A stretch of 64,000 nucleotides of DNA, taken from Eledone cirrhosa. Taxonomy: Eukaryota. Position numbers and translations under genes: made by a program. Below, one piece after another: positions 26,840 to 40,853 of the stretch (the first letter of the stretch is position 1; every line of letters begins with the position of its first letter). Location: the NCBI GenBank assembly GCA_964016885.1, contig OZ024756.1, forward strand, positions 26,846,001 through 26,910,000. The letters run 5' to 3'. The notes below the pieces were generated by a model. That model did not search any database and was not told the DNA's origin. It saw only the letters and a program-made list of their open reading frames with translations.

Positions 26840-27655
26840 TCAGCATGTACCCATGGGAGGTCGGGTACTCTGTATTACTGCGTGACGCCAGAAGTTACGG
26901 TCGTGTGTCATTGTCTTTGAGAGGTGTAATTGGGTAAGGTCGGCTTTTATCACCTCATCCCAGGTCATCTTGGGTCTCCCCACTCCGCGGTTTCCATCAA
27001 CTTCTAGTGCTCTGCACCTTTTTATGCAGCTGTCATCCTTCATACGCATCACATGTCCATACCAACGCAACCGCCTCTCCTGCACACAGCATTTGATTCC
27101 TCTTATGCTCAGTCTCTCTCAATTCATTTATGCTTTGTCGTTCACGTATATTACTGTTACACATCCATCGGAGCATGCAGGCTTCGTTTCTCTCTAATCT
27201 ACGTAAGTCTTCCACCTTCAGCGCCCAGGTCTCACTACCATGCAACATTGCTGTTCGGATACACGCATCATACAGTCTGCCTTTCATTCTGAGGGAGAAG
27301 CCTTTTGCAGCTAGCAGTGGTAGTAGTTCCCTAAACTTCTTCCATCCCGTTCTTACCCTAGTTATTGTACTTTCTGAACACCCACCTCCGTTGCTAATTC
27401 GGTCACCTAGGTAGCAGAAGCTGTCTACTGTTTCTACAGGGCCGTCCCAGAGATTGGTGGTACTTGTTTCCTGTGGCTGTTTGCTGCTTGAGCACAGCTG
27501 CTGCATGTGAATCCTACATTCTTAATTAAGCTTCCTGAGATCCCGCTACATCTCTTGTGTACCTATTGTTTGCATTTGGGGCAGAGAATGGAGTTCCTAC
27601 CTACACCTTTCCTACATACTGAGCAAGGCCATTTTCCTGAGGGGATCTGGGTTCT
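26840..27655 (-). mobile_element. RTE-clade LINE 3' fragment
   Basis: GKWPCSVCRKGVGRNSILC, VDSFCYLGD, MLHGSETWAL, ERRLRWYGHVMRM. Confidence 0.85.
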
Positions 27656-27755
27656 GTATACATACACACAAACAGAGAAACAAATACATATATATATATA
27701 TATAGACATGCATACAAATACACCTATACATACAGAGAAACACACATATACATAC

Positions 27756-27792
<37 letters not shown>

Positions 27793-27809
27793 AATGATTG
27801 GCGCAACAA

Positions 27810-28955
27810 CATCATTGTTTGTCAACAGCTGCAAGGGTAAAGATGTACTAGATAGAGGAAACTATAGAGGCATCAAGTTGACGTACCAGGTCATGAAAGT
27901 AACAGAAAGAGTTATAGCACAGCTGCTTAGGGACCAGGGAAATCTAAATGAGATGCAGTTGGGATTTGTACGGCAAAAGCACCACAGATGCTTTCTTCCT
28001 AGTGAAGTAGTTACAGGAAACGTACCTAGCAAAAAGTAAGACGCACTACCTGGCATTTGTCGATGTGGAAAAAGCTTTTGACAGAGTGCCATGTGCCATA
28101 ATCTGGTGGGCTCTTAGAAAACTAGGAGTAGATGAATGGCTCGTGAAGGCTGTATCAGCCATGTATAGGGGACCAGTCAGCAAAGTAAGGATTAACAATG
28201 ACTATAGCAAGGAATTTAGCATACAGGTTGGCATCCACCAGGCTCTCTCCTGTTTATCCTTGTACTACAGGCTATAAAAGAGGAGTTTAAGTCCAGTTGC
28301 CTGTGGGATCTCCTCCATGCGGATGATCTCACACTCATAGCGGAATTAGAGAAGGAATTCCAAACATGGAAGCAAGGCCTAGAAACAAGGGATCTTAAAG
28401 TCAACCTGACAAAGACAAAGATCCAAATAAGTAGAAGGGAAAACAGAACCCTGATCCCCTCAGGGAAATGGCCTTGCTCAGTACGTAGTAAAGATGTAGA
28501 TAGAAATTCTATCCTCTGTCCCAAATGCAAACTATGGGTACATAAGAGATGTAGTGGGATCTCAGGAAGTTTAGCTAAAACTGTAGGCTTTACATGTAGC
28601 GGTTGCACCGAGACAGCAAGCAGCAAACGACCACAGGAAACAAGCATTATCAAATTCTGGGAAGGCTTGGTTGAAACAGTCGACAGCTTCTACTACCTGG
28701 GTGATCGAATTAGCAGCAGAGGCGGGTGTTCTGAAGGTACAATAGCCAGAGTAAGAACAGGATAGAAGTTCTGGGAGTGACTACCATTGCTGGCTACAAA
28801 AGGCTTTTCCCTCAAAATGAGAGGCAGACTATATGATGCTTGCATACAAACAGCAATGTTGCATGGTAGTGAGACCTGGGTGCTGTGTGCAGAGAACTTG
28901 CGAAGATTGGAAAGGAATTAAGCTTGCATGCTCCAATAGACATGTAATAGTAATA
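27810..28955 (+). mobile_element. RTE-clade LINE reverse transcriptase fragment (pseudogenised)
   Basis: NYRGIKL...VMKVTERVI, EKAFDRVP...WWALRKLGV, LLHADDL; multiple frameshifts. Confidence 0.85.
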
Positions 28956-29169
28956 TAAACTGTTTAGTATCGTAGAACCAGAGGTGGTTTCGTGTGGTTC
29001 AGGACATTAAAGTTAAGGATTAACATGAGATCTATTTATATGATTTTTTAATATTTTAAATCTTGACTTCTCCATTAACATTATCTTAACATTCAAGCGG
29101 AAGGAAGCAGGCTACTTCACAACAGAAACTTCTTAAATTTCTTACAGGACACTGCTGTAGTAGTAGTAG

Positions 29170-29495
29170 CTGAAGTGGTAATGGTAGTAGTAGTTGAGGT
29201 GGTTTGGTGGTTGTGGTTTTAGTGGTAGTAGTTGAGGTGGCTTGGTGGTTGTGGTTTTAGTGGTAGTAGTTGAGGTGGTTTGGTGGTTGTGGTTTTAGTG
29301 GTAGTAGTTGAGGTAGAGGTGGTGGTGGCAGTTGAGGTGGTTTGGTGGTTGTGGTTTTAGTGGTAGTAGTTGTGGTAGAGGTGGTGGTGGCAGTTGAGGT
29401 GGTTTGGTGGTTGTGGTTTTAGTGGTAGTAGTTGTGGTAGAGGTGGTGGCAGTTGAGGTGGTTTGGTGGTCGTGGTTTGGTGGTAGTAGTTGAAA
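29170..29495. repeat. Minisatellite, ~33-48-bp GT-rich units
   Basis: Repeats of gtggtagtagttgaggtggtttggtggttgtggtttta. Confidence 0.8.
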
Positions 29496-30163
29496 TAGTT
29501 GTGGCGGTATCTTTCCCTTGCTTGTGGTACAAAACAGTTTATTCTAAAGTATTTAGCTTCCAGAATTGGCTTCTGTATCAGTAACAAGAATATGTGAACG
29601 TGTATGTATGTACATCAGTAGATATATACATGTATATATGTGTATGTATGTACATCAGTGGATATATACATGTATATACATGTATAATGTAATCATAAAA
29701 ATGATAAGCAAGTAAGTGTTGTATGTGTATGGGTGTGTGCAAAGTGGTGTGGTGTGAACCAGTGTACACGTTTGTACATGTATAACATGTAGAGTGTGTG
29801 TATGTATGTGTGGGGAGGGAGAGGGAGTGTGCGTGAGAGAAGGAAGAGAGAATGTGTGTGTGTGAGGAGGAGAGAAAGAGAATGTGTGTGTGTGAGGAGG
29901 AGAGAAAGAGAATGTGTGTGAATGTGTGGGAGGAGGGAGAGAGTGTACGCGAGAGAGATGTAGAGAGAGTGCAACAGAGTGGGAGAGAGTGTATTGAGTT
30001 TTTTGGTTAATATTTTCTCCCACTTATTCCTGTGAGGGTCATGGGTTAGAATCCTCAGACATGTCTTCCAGACAATTCTATCAGAAACAACCATCTCCAA
30101 ATGATCTGGCTGGATCCCCAGGCTACACCAACTGAGCTTATGGATATTATTCAACCATCTTAA

Positions 30164-30395
30164 CCCTTTAGCATTTACATTACTCTATATATATATATAT
30201 ATATATATATACTATTACATTTTCACAGTAAAGGCTTTATCTTACATAATTATCTCATGATTAAATCTACGAGATTTTGATATTTATTTTGAGAACAATA
30301 CCTTAACATCAGTATGAGCAGCCGGTTATGGCTGGTTTGAGCAGAAAGAGGTGAAAGAATTTTGGCCGGATATGGCTGGTTTAAATGCTAAAGGG
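30164..30395. mobile_element. piggyBac-type MITE
   Basis: TTAA target duplication on both sides and TIR ccctttagcattta / taaatgctaaaggg. Confidence 0.85.
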
Positions 30396-31059
30396 TTAAT
30401 CATAGTCTACCTTAGGGCCTCCTGTTGGTTTGTTTTACCTGTAAGATCTGTCCAGCAATTCTTTCTTATAACACTAACCATATGTCCATAGAATTGAAAC
30501 TGATCTCCAGATTTGGAGAAATAGTAGCTCTACCAGGAAGAGCTCCCTGATCTTTGAGTTTTGTACCCTATCAATTAACATTACTCCAATGAACCTTTGG
30601 AGGAATCCTATTTTGGCCGTTTGTATTCCCGATTGTATTCATGACCACAGGTAAGGGTAGATACAAACACTGAACAAAGATAGCAAGTTTAACTTTTACA
30701 CATACTTTGCGTCTTCAGATGACAGAGTCCTGAGGCTGGTGCATTACTGCACCAGCTCCAGCAATTCTTGCATTTAATTCAACCTCCTGCTTTTCATCAC
30801 TCATGAAAACAGCCCCAACTTATTTTAACTTCTCTACCTGCGTCAGTATAACTCTACTCACATGCAGAGTTCACTGCGCAGGTTATCTCGATAAGACAAA
30901 TGTTTCAGTCTTTGCAGTACTGATTTTCATTCCTGCAATGCAGCACTTGGCAGCAAACCTATCCAGTGCATGTCAGAGATTATCTTCCAGCAAGTAGTAT
31001 TATATCATCAGCAAATATCAACCGACTGATCCTACAACCACTGGTTTTAATAGCATATC

Positions 31060-31450
31060 TGGCAGTGACCCCTTCTCTGTTGTAGACACTGCGATCCCTT
31101 CTCTAACTGTGACCGCTTCTGTTGTAGACACTGCAACCCCTTCTGTTGTAGACACTGTGACCCCTTCTCTAACTGCGGTGGGCACTGCGACCCCTTCTCT
31201 AACTGCTGTAGATACTGTGACCCCTTCTCTAACTGTTGTAGACACTATGACCCCTTCTCTAACTGTTGTAGACACTATGACTCCTTAACTGTACAAACAC
31301 TGTGACCCCTTCTCTAACTGTGGTAGACACTGCAACCCCTTCTGTGGTAGACACTGCAACCCCTTCTGTGGTAGACACTGCGACCCCTCTTCTAACTGTG
31401 GTAGACACTGAACCCTTCTCCAATAGTTGTAGACAATGATCCCACTTTAA
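31060..31450. repeat. Minisatellite, 21/30-bp unit
   Basis: gtagacactg(c/t)gaccccttctctaactgt repeated. Confidence 0.85.
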
Positions 31451-32019
31451 CCACTGTGACTCCTCATTAACTCTACAGACACTGCTTATAAAGCTACAAT
31501 TACTACGGCTTAAATTAGACAGACCATCAATTCATTCAATTATCTCGACTACAGTTGATATTATTGACTATTTCTTACCTGCAAATGTCTGGCCTTGTGT
31601 TAATGTTAGCAACATTAATAATAATTGATTCTACTGTATTTTATCAACCCCATAAGGATGAGAGGCTAAGCTAACTTCGACAGGGTTTGAACTCAGAACT
31701 GACTCGGTAAACACCCACAAAATTATTAGCCATCTTACCAACAACAATCCTACAAAGTCAGAAAACAGCACAGCTCACATGACTTTAGGAAACATTTTTT
31801 CATGCTCAGAGTTGCTGAAGCATAGAACAAACTACCAGCATCAGTTGTTAGCTGTCTGGACACTGTATCCTTCAAAATCTCTATGCTTCCTGAAATTCTC
31901 CAACACTACACCTGATATCCCACCTCCATACAAACGTACGCGTGCGTGCGTGTATATCATGACTCATAAACTGTTCACTTTCCTCACATTTGTACATTAT
32001 TCTATGTAGTATACATGCA

Positions 32020-32990
32020 CCTTTACGTTCTCAGTTCAAATCCTGAGGAGAGCTTTGCCTTTCATCGTTACGAGGTCGATAAAATAAACCACCAGTAATG
32101 CATTGGGGGGGTCGATTAAATAAATTTTCCCCTCCCCCAAAAATGCTGGCCTTGCGCCTTTAGTAGAAATCATTATCATTAATAATTGTTTCTACTTTAA
32201 GCACAAGGCCAGCAATTACCCAGTGCATTACTGGTACTTTATTTTATCGACCCCGTAAGGATGAAAGGCAAAGTCAACCTCGGCGGGATTTGAACTCAGA
32301 TCGTAAAGGGACTTAACTATGCTGGAAAGCATGGCGTCCGACCCTCTACCGATACTGCCAATCCACCATTAATAATGGTTTAGGATGAAAGGCAGAGCTA
32401 ACCTCGGTGGGATTTGAACTCAGAACGTAAAATAATTGTTTCTACTTTTGGCACAATGCCAGCAATTATCCCAGTGCATTACTGGTACTTTATTTTATCG
32501 ACTCCCGTAAGAATGAGAGGCAAAGTTAATCTCAGCGAGATTTGAACTCAAACCGTAAAGGGACATAACTGCTGGAAAGTATGGTGCCTAACCCTCTAGC
32601 GATATTGCTAATTCACAAATAATTGTTTCTACTTTTGGCACAAGGCCAGCAAATACCCAGTCTATTACTGGTACTTTATTTTATCGACCCCGTAAGGATG
32701 AAAGGGATTTGAACTCAGATCATAAAGGGACCTAACTCTATGCTTCAAAGCATGGTGTCCGACTCTCTACCGATACTGCCAATCCACCAATGGTGATGGT
32801 TTCTAATTTAGGCAAAAGGGTAGCGATTTTAAGGGTGTGGAAGTCGATTAAAGTATTTGAATAGTACTTTATTTTATTGACCCCGGGTGGATGAAAGGCA
32901 AAGCTGATTTCCGCAGTATTTGAACTCAGAGCATGAGTCATAACTAAATACCATAAAGCATTTTGTCTTATGCTTTATCGATCCTGTCAA
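32020..32990. mobile_element. Main-family SINE cluster (one plus-strand, several minus-strand copies)
   Basis: Same consensus body and boxes. Confidence 0.8.
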
Positions 32991-33139
32991 ACAAATCGAT
33001 AACAATATACGTTATTTATTTGCTTAAGTTCTATTGTTGCAAAAAGAAGAGAAAGAAAGAAAAAGAACAAAGAAAACCTACACAAAAACCAAGCATTTAA
33101 TACGGGTATACCGGATTTTACACTCATAAAAAGAAATAT

Positions 33140-34268
33140 AGTGATATTCCGTTATAACGAAATTCATGGGGTATAAAAAAAATTCGTTGTAACAAAAAAT
33201 TCTTTATAACGAGATCGACCTAATACATCGAGCTTGTGGCCGGAGATTATATATTGTGGCCGGAGATTATAACGGAATTTTACCTGTATATATATTTGGT
33301 TGTTTTTACATAAACCCCCGTCTCGGGATCCAGGTAGATATATTTTTGGGGGGTGTGTTTCCAACGAATCTGACCTCCAAACCTTGTTTTTACAGATATA
33401 GGAGTGAGAAAAATATTTAAAAAAAAAAAAAAAAAAAAATTCAAATCCCTTTATTTGACACGAAGTCATACTGATATTTATATAATTAAAAATGAAAGTG
33501 ATTTCAAATTGAATAAACGAGCCAATGACACCTGCTGGCGTAAAGTTAGGTTAGGGTTAGTTAGGGATAAGAAAACATCGAGTGCTACTCAACCCCTATG
33601 TAATTAAAAAACCCAACAAAAACAACAAAATAAAACGAGTAAATTCAGACGGTTTTAAAGGTTAGATTCGTTCAAAACACTTTTAAAAAAAAACGTAAAA
33701 AAGATTGTAATGAAATTTCCGAGGAAGAGAAACTCCGAGCTTTCCACAACCCTCACCACACTTCCCTATCTAATATCTGAATCTCAAGACATTTCCGACG
33801 GGTTTTTAGGGGGTTGGAGGGCTCAGAATCGTTTAAAAAAGAAAAAAAAAAGAGAGAAAAGAAAGAAAAAGAAATTCTACCCTCAACCCGAGACGGGTGG
33901 GTGGGTACTTATGTAAAAATTTACCAAGAAATATTTTATAACAGGTTCGATACGATGTGATTGTTGTGCATGCGTTAATTATGAGTCATACAAATGCGCT
34001 AAAAACACGAGTCATGTGCAATACATAAAGGCATTTCAATACACACACTATATCTTTCCAGCCATGGCAACTCCATCGATTAACCCTAATCCCAACATTA
34101 AACACAAAGTCCAACATATACAGGTAAATTTCCGTTACAACGAATACCATTATAACAAAATTTTTTCCAATCCAATCTATTTGTTTCGGTCGATCTCGTT
34201 ATAAAGATTTTTTCGTTACAACGAATTTTTTTATACCCCGTGAATTTCGTTATAACGGAATTTCACTA
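33140..34268. mobile_element. Tc1/pogo-like MITE pair forming the inverted ends of a ~1.1-kb unit
   Basis: 33140-33288 and 34121-34268 are inverted homologues; each has its own ttccgttataacg...cgttataacggaa termini. Confidence 0.65.
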
Positions 34269-34814
34269 ATATACTTCACGATGTGTATATACTAAATTTT
34301 GAATGAATCGATCGTTTATTTGTTTTGAAAATTGTTTGTTCGTTTCACACCATGCTTTGACACAGAGTTACGACCTTGCCATTCTGAGTTCAAATCCCGC
34401 CGAGGTTAACTTTGCCTTTCATCCTTACGGGGTCGATAAAATAAAAAGTACCAGTAATGCACTGGGTATTTGCTGGCCTTGTGCCAAAAGTAGAAACAAT
34501 TATAGCATACTTTCGCTGGTAATTTTCATTAATAAATACTGTATTTTTGTCTTTAGCTATTGATTTTGTTTAACATATCTTGGTTGTAATAATTTTGGAA
34601 TAATTTCATGTTGAGAGAGAGGAGGTAAGAAAAAGAGAAATACATCTTATTTATTTCTCTGCTGTCTTCATGCACGGGCAGAGTACTGTTACCAACCAAA
34701 AATGTGCAGTATATATATTGAGAGATAGAGAGAGCATAGATAGACAGAGGGAAATAGAGAGAGAGATATTTTAAATCACTTGTTAAATGAATAGACAGGA
34801 TCTCATATAGCCAG

Positions 34815-34858
<44 letters not shown>

Positions 34859-34905
34859 CTTTTTTTGTATGTAACCCATTTGCAACTCCGCAGCGCCCTT
34901 ATTAT

Positions 34906-34974
<69 letters not shown>

Positions 34975-35209
34975 TACATACATACATACAAGTCACAAAA
35001 CAGTCTGTTGCTGTATATATTATATTGCAGCAACGAACATCAGCTATGATACCACTTCGTACAATTAATAAATGATTGGGTGACAAAATTAATGTTGATG
35101 CTTGGAGACGTGGCAGAATTTAATATGTTATTTATGTCTGAGTTAAAAACAATATTAAATATTACAAACTAGACACGGAATGTTTCTTGTTCAATATTTA
35201 CGTTATTCT

Positions 35210-35770
35210 GGGATAATTGCTGGCCTTGTGCCAAAAGTAGAAATAATTATTACTATTTAAGTACCAGTAACGAACTAGGGTCGATTTAATCGACTTTCCC
35301 CTCTCCTCTAAAATCGTTGACTTTGTGCCGAAATCCCCGCCGAGGTTAACTTTGCCTTTCATCCTTACGGGGTCGATAAAATAAAGTACCAGTAATACAC
35401 TGAAGTAATTGCTGGCCTTGTGCCAAACGTAGAAACAATTATTACTACTACTAAAGTACCAGTAACGCACTGTGGTCCATTTAATTGTCTTGTCCCCCCA
35501 CCGAAAATTAGTGGCCTTGTGCCTAAATCAGAAACAATTATTACTAAATCCCGCCGAGGTTGACTTTGCCTTTCATCCTTACGGGGTCGATAAAATAAAG
35601 TAGCAGTAATGCACTGGGTATTTGCTGGCCTTGTGCCTAAAGTAGAAACAATTATTACTACTACAGTACTAATAAAGTTACCAGTAACACATTGAGGTCG
35701 ATTTGATCGACTTGCCCCCTCCTCTCCCGGAAAATGCAAGCCTTGTGCCTAAATCAGAAACCATTACTAT
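35210..35770 (+). mobile_element. Truncated main-family SINE pieces in tandem
   Basis: Repeated 3' halves ggccttgtgcc...gaaacaattatt. Confidence 0.75.
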
Positions 35771-37745
35771 TATTTTGTTTACAATAAAAAGGACTTAACT
35801 CTGTTTTATTTTTGTCATATTTTATCAGAACAAAGTTTGCTGGATACATTCTTGTACACACACACATATACACACAATATTACTATTCTACACACACACA
35901 TATACACACAATATTACTATTCTACACACAGTTTACACTGTAGTGTAGGACAATCCTTTTCTTGGTTTCAGTTCGCTTCTGTAATGCGAAAGTCTGGGTT
36001 GTTTTGGCCCATATTGTAGCACGTCTCTCTCTCTCTCTCTCGTTAAATATGCAACCACAACATCAAAACCAGAAAGAACTTGCAAGCATGCAGCTATTCC
36101 TTTCTTTATTTCTTACTCGTGTTCCAGCCGACAGGCTGAGGCCATGCTGGGGCTCCACCATTGGTTTGCCTAAATAAATAAATAAATACACGAGGGCCAC
36201 AACTGGAACCTTTTTTAATGATAAAGTTCCCCTCGTTTAGTGCTATCTAAGGTATTAACAACTACGACTAATAATATTTATCTTTAAAAAATAGACGAAG
36301 CTTTTCGACTTGCTAGAAATAGCAGTTAAATCTTTCCTTTATTAAAAAAAAAAGGTAAAAAAAAAGGTGAAGAAACGGCGGTGAAGAGCGGGAGGAAAAC
36401 ATTGAAAAATCTAGTCTATATATATATATATGTAATGGTCACGGCTGGAACTCAGTTCAGAGATCTGCTTCATCAGAGCTGACCTGTCTTGACCTGACAG
36501 CTAAACACCCGAGCAACTACGTGGTCAATTGACCTACTAGAAATAAATAGCCTTTAAACAAAACAAAAACACACAAAAATACCCAAGGACATATTGAACA
36601 AGCAGTAATAGTCTTAAAGAAAATTATGTGACAGTCATGGCTGGAACGACTTTGATAAAAGTCTGCTCGATCATGACTGATCTGAATGTAGTGGGAGGGG
36701 GGGCGGGTGCCAAACAACAAGACTATATCGTACTAAAATAGCTAGCTGGGTCAGGCATTTAATCTAATAGAAGCAGCGCATTTTTGCACTTAAACGTTTA
36801 AAGATAAAATCATTACTTGAAAACACTTCACTAAAATTTCAACGAGGAAACATGTACGTGGTTTCTCGACCTGTTAGAAATAGTATCCAGAGCTTTCTCA
36901 CATACCGATACATAGGACAATATAGTTCTAGATATACTATGTCTGGACAAGAGCAGGATGGTCATAAGCTTGTTAAATCCCGATACGGTTGACCTGAGGG
37001 CTAAAATAGCAATACGGAATGTAAACGGGTAGCTCGTTAAACTCATATATATATATATATATATATAAATTAGAACCCTGTAACCATATATATATATTTA
37101 CTCGCAAGTGGGTGCAAACAAGTTATCAACACAACTGTGGAAGTTGAGTGTGTGTGTGTATGTATACATACATACATACATACATACACTACGTACAATT
37201 TATAAAAATACATTATATATTAGAAGTACAAGTTACACCATATATTATATATTAACTATAGGAAATATTTGAAGTAACGCAGCATTATTTTACGACGTCA
37301 CTCGACCTGTTACATGCAGCATCCGACTATGTCCCTTAAACCACACCCTAGAGAAGAAAATGCATTTGAACAATGCAGCCCATGAGATACTGTCCGAATA
37401 AAATGATTAAAAAAGAAAAAGGGCGGGTCACAACCGGGAAAAAAAATTTGATCTATATAATAAAATAAAACGATTGACAAACAGTATTCTACAAAAATAA
37501 TAGGCTATCAACTTCACAGTAAAGTACCCAGGCTAGGAGACATCCGATATCCGAAAATGTTAAATAGGTTGGCGCTTCTTCAAAGATATATAAATAAATA
37601 ATCATTAGTAGGCCTTACACAATATATATATGTGTGTTTGAGTGAATACCGGGTTCAATCGGTAGTAATCACAGTTAGTAAGGTACTCAATATATTAGTA
37701 GAGCGTAAACATCAAATTTAATATTATAGAAATGGCTTTTATGTG

Positions 37746-37791
<46 letters not shown>

Positions 37792-38199
37792 CACATAGGA
37801 ATAACTTCTTTTTTTATAAAACCTATAGTATAAAAAGATTTGAGGAGAAATTGGCTGCTATTTCTAGCAGGTCGAGCGACTACGTAGAAGCCCCACCCTC
37901 CCACTCGAATGACTTTGTTTCTGTTAACCACGAAGTCGGTCCTGAACGAGCAAACCTATGATTAAAGACATTTTAATCGTGACCATCTCGTCTTTTAGTA
38001 CATCTGGGATATTATTATTCAATCAATACTTATTTCCATCTTTAAGGGGGTGTGTGTGATTTGAGGAAGATTTGGCTGCTATTATTGGCATGTCTACCGA
38101 CTACATGACAACTCCCCTGTTGGTATGCTAGTTATACAGATATATGAATTAATATACAATTGTATCATTGATTCAGCTATCATTGATAAAACAATTTTT

Positions 38200-38250
38200 G
38201 CTTTCTGAAGAAATCACGATATCTATCGTCATTGAAATATGTATAACGGT
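38200..38250 (+). ncRNA. Type I hammerhead-like motif
   Basis: gcttt-CTGAAGA-aatcacgat-atct-atcgtcatt-GAAA-tatgta-TA-acggt; good stem II, weak stem I. Confidence 0.55.
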
Positions 38251-38597
38251 TCAATTAATAAAGAACCGTAACATTTTTAACTTCGCACCTTCCCACCCCC
38301 TCTATATATATATCGAAATGAAAAAAGATATATGTATATATATAGAAAGAGTCATATATCGTATAAGAAACAGTATGTTATATATACACCAAATACATAT
38401 TCTATAAAGGAATATGTACACAGGTGGAGTCATAAGAGAAACCTTATATATATATATAACGAAGGAAATGTGGTAAGGAACCAGATGGACCATAACGCAC
38501 CAAAGTACTCAATACTTAGGGTAGTAGAGTGGGTAATAGGAACAAGTATGACCCCGACGGCAGAGCTCAAGCCGTTTCGACGGCTAATTCTTGTTCC

Positions 38598-38631
<34 letters not shown>

Positions 38632-38700
38632 AGTGTGTGTATGTGTGTAGTTATGTATGTATAAGGTAAAAAGAAAGAGGTAGAGAAGAAATATACTTAC

Positions 38701-38784
38701 AACATTTATCCACCGTCTGTCGCCTTGGACATCAACAACAGGTAACGCTTCTGCAGAAGACACGGTTGAATTTGAGGAGCTCAT
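38701..38784 (-). CDS. PAFAH1B2: PAF acetylhydrolase IB catalytic subunit (alpha1/alpha2-like), coding exon 1
   Basis: ATG at 38784; encodes MSSSNSTVSSAEALPVVDVQGDRRWINV (compare human EDIQGDDRWMSQ); followed by GTAAGT donor; 84 nt, phase 0. The symbol is approximate because B2 and B3 cannot be distinguished. Confidence 0.9.
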
Positions 38785-39103
38785 CTTTTCCTCTCCGCTA
38801 CACTTATATGCGTATATATGTTGCTATATACTACTCCTTCTTGCGACGACACAAGAAACACGCCTGAGTGCTTTAAAAAAAAAATATTTACTCTATATAG
38901 ACATTGATGTATAATTATACTTATCCTACAAGAGTAAGTATATATAAATATACATATGTTATTATCTGGTGATATGTTTAAATGTATCCAATGGTGTAGA
39001 CAATAAGTATCCGTGAGTTTTGCACGTTAATTTACCGGCATCAAACTAATGTTAACTCGCTTTTAACGGTAAACGACACCCTCTGCTTCTGTCAACCAAC
39101 AAA

Positions 39104-39111
39104 CCGGAAGT
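39104..39111. promoter_or_regulatory. ETS/GABP-type motif CCGGAAGT, candidate promoter element of the PAFAH1B gene
   Basis: Perfect CCGGAAGT about 320 nt upstream of the ATG, in non-repetitive sequence; TSS not known. Confidence 0.4.
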
Positions 39112-39503
39112 AAATTAAAACAATCTGTGTGACATGCATAACCATCAAGTTATTCAGAGTTATGTCCCTTGTTATTACAACAAGAGCTGTTATTAATAAC
39201 AAGCACTTCACCTGTTAGAAAATAGCATACAAACGTTCCCTTAAATCTTGAAAAAGTGGCATGGGAATGGAAATACATTAGTACAGTGTAGTACTAGATA
39301 AGCATAAAGACAAGATCGCCATGGCTGGAAAGACTTTGATGACAGCCTTTTGAAAAGACTCTGCTGGCTTCGAACGGGCTATATACAATTGAACTATATT
39401 TTATCACGAACAGGCCACACAGAATCACCTCTATGTTCTTGTGGAGACTTCTGTGACTTCAGAAACTCTGTGACTATTTGTTCCAATGCAGAAACTATAA
39501 GTC

Positions 39504-39538
<35 letters not shown>

Positions 39539-39717
39539 TATATATATATATATATGAAAAGAGTCAGGACCCCGACGGCTGAGCTCCGGCCAGATCTAGC
39601 TGTCGAAACGGCCGGAGCCGTCGGGGTCCTGACTCTTTCATATTGCCCACTCTATTACCCTAAGTATTGAGTACTCTGGTGCGTTATGGTCCACCTGGTA
39701 TCTTACTACACTCTCTT

Positions 39718-39755
<38 letters not shown>

Positions 39756-39910
39756 TGAAGTAAAATTTAAGTGGAAATATCCAAGAGTAAGAGCACTCAG
39801 TCCATAGGACGAATTTAATATAAATAATTACAACAGTGACATAAACAGGTACTCAGGTTTCGTTTTTTTTTTTCTTATGACAGGCTGAATGAATTGGGGC
39901 CCAGAACCCA

Positions 39911-39966
<56 letters not shown>

Positions 39967-40352
39967 TAAGTCGTGTCTATAGAATCAATCAGATATTAAA
40001 GTATATACTATATATTAAAGTATATACTAGATATTAAAGTATATACTATAACGTATATACTATATATTAAAGTATATACTATACAGTTGCAACACATATA
40101 TGTATCTTTGATTTAATTTAATTTAATTTTATGTATGTGATAACCTATATATATATATATATTTATTTACATGTCTCGCTCGCTTCACGCTATTTTACTT
40201 GTCCCAATAACTTTATTTAGTTATTGCTCGCACCAACTAGAAGTATATGATTTTTAAAGCGATGAAATACCAATGAAGGTTGGAAGATCACTGATGAAGG
40301 ACTAATTTTATTCATATGTAACCCATGTGCAACCACGCAGCACTCCATTTTT

Positions 40353-40400
<48 letters not shown>

Positions 40401-40534
40401 AAAGTTTTATTTAAGATTGTTGGGTTACAACGAGTAAATATTTTATAACTGATATAAAAGCACTCAACAGTTTCTGGAGTAGGTTTACGATATTAAACAA
40501 ATGGAAACTATATTTATATTTATAAAACCATATT

Positions 40535-40600
40535 TATTTCGTTATATATATTTCTGGGATATCATATTAAAAATATGTTATGCCTTCCTCAGACAAAATA
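40535..40600 (-). ncRNA. Type I hammerhead ribozyme, mirror copy
   Basis: Reverse complement of 40742-40807. Confidence 0.75.
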
Positions 40601-40741
40601 CAATACATAAGCTGTTTTATAAATAATTAGTGACATACCTTGTGATAATGCAACTTCCTTTTAAAAAATCAACTTTTTTAAAAGGAAGTTGCATTATCAC
40701 AAGGTATGTCACTAATTATTTATAAAACAGCTTATGTATTG

Positions 40742-40807
40742 TATTTTGTCTGAGGAAGGCATAACATATTTTTAATATGATATCCCAGAAATATATATAA
40801 CGAAATA
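40742..40807 (+). ncRNA. Type I hammerhead ribozyme
   Basis: tattttgt-CTGAGGA-aggcataacatatt-ttt-aatatgatatccca-GAAA-tatata-TA-acgaaata; 8-bp stem I, palindromic stem III. Confidence 0.75.
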
Positions 40808-40853
40808 AATATGGTTTTATAAATATAAATATAGTTTCCATTTGTTTAATATC

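Noticed and set aside
40290-40350. CTGATGA-aggac as a possible HHR 5' half
   Set aside because: No downstream GAAA or stem III; truncated or chance.
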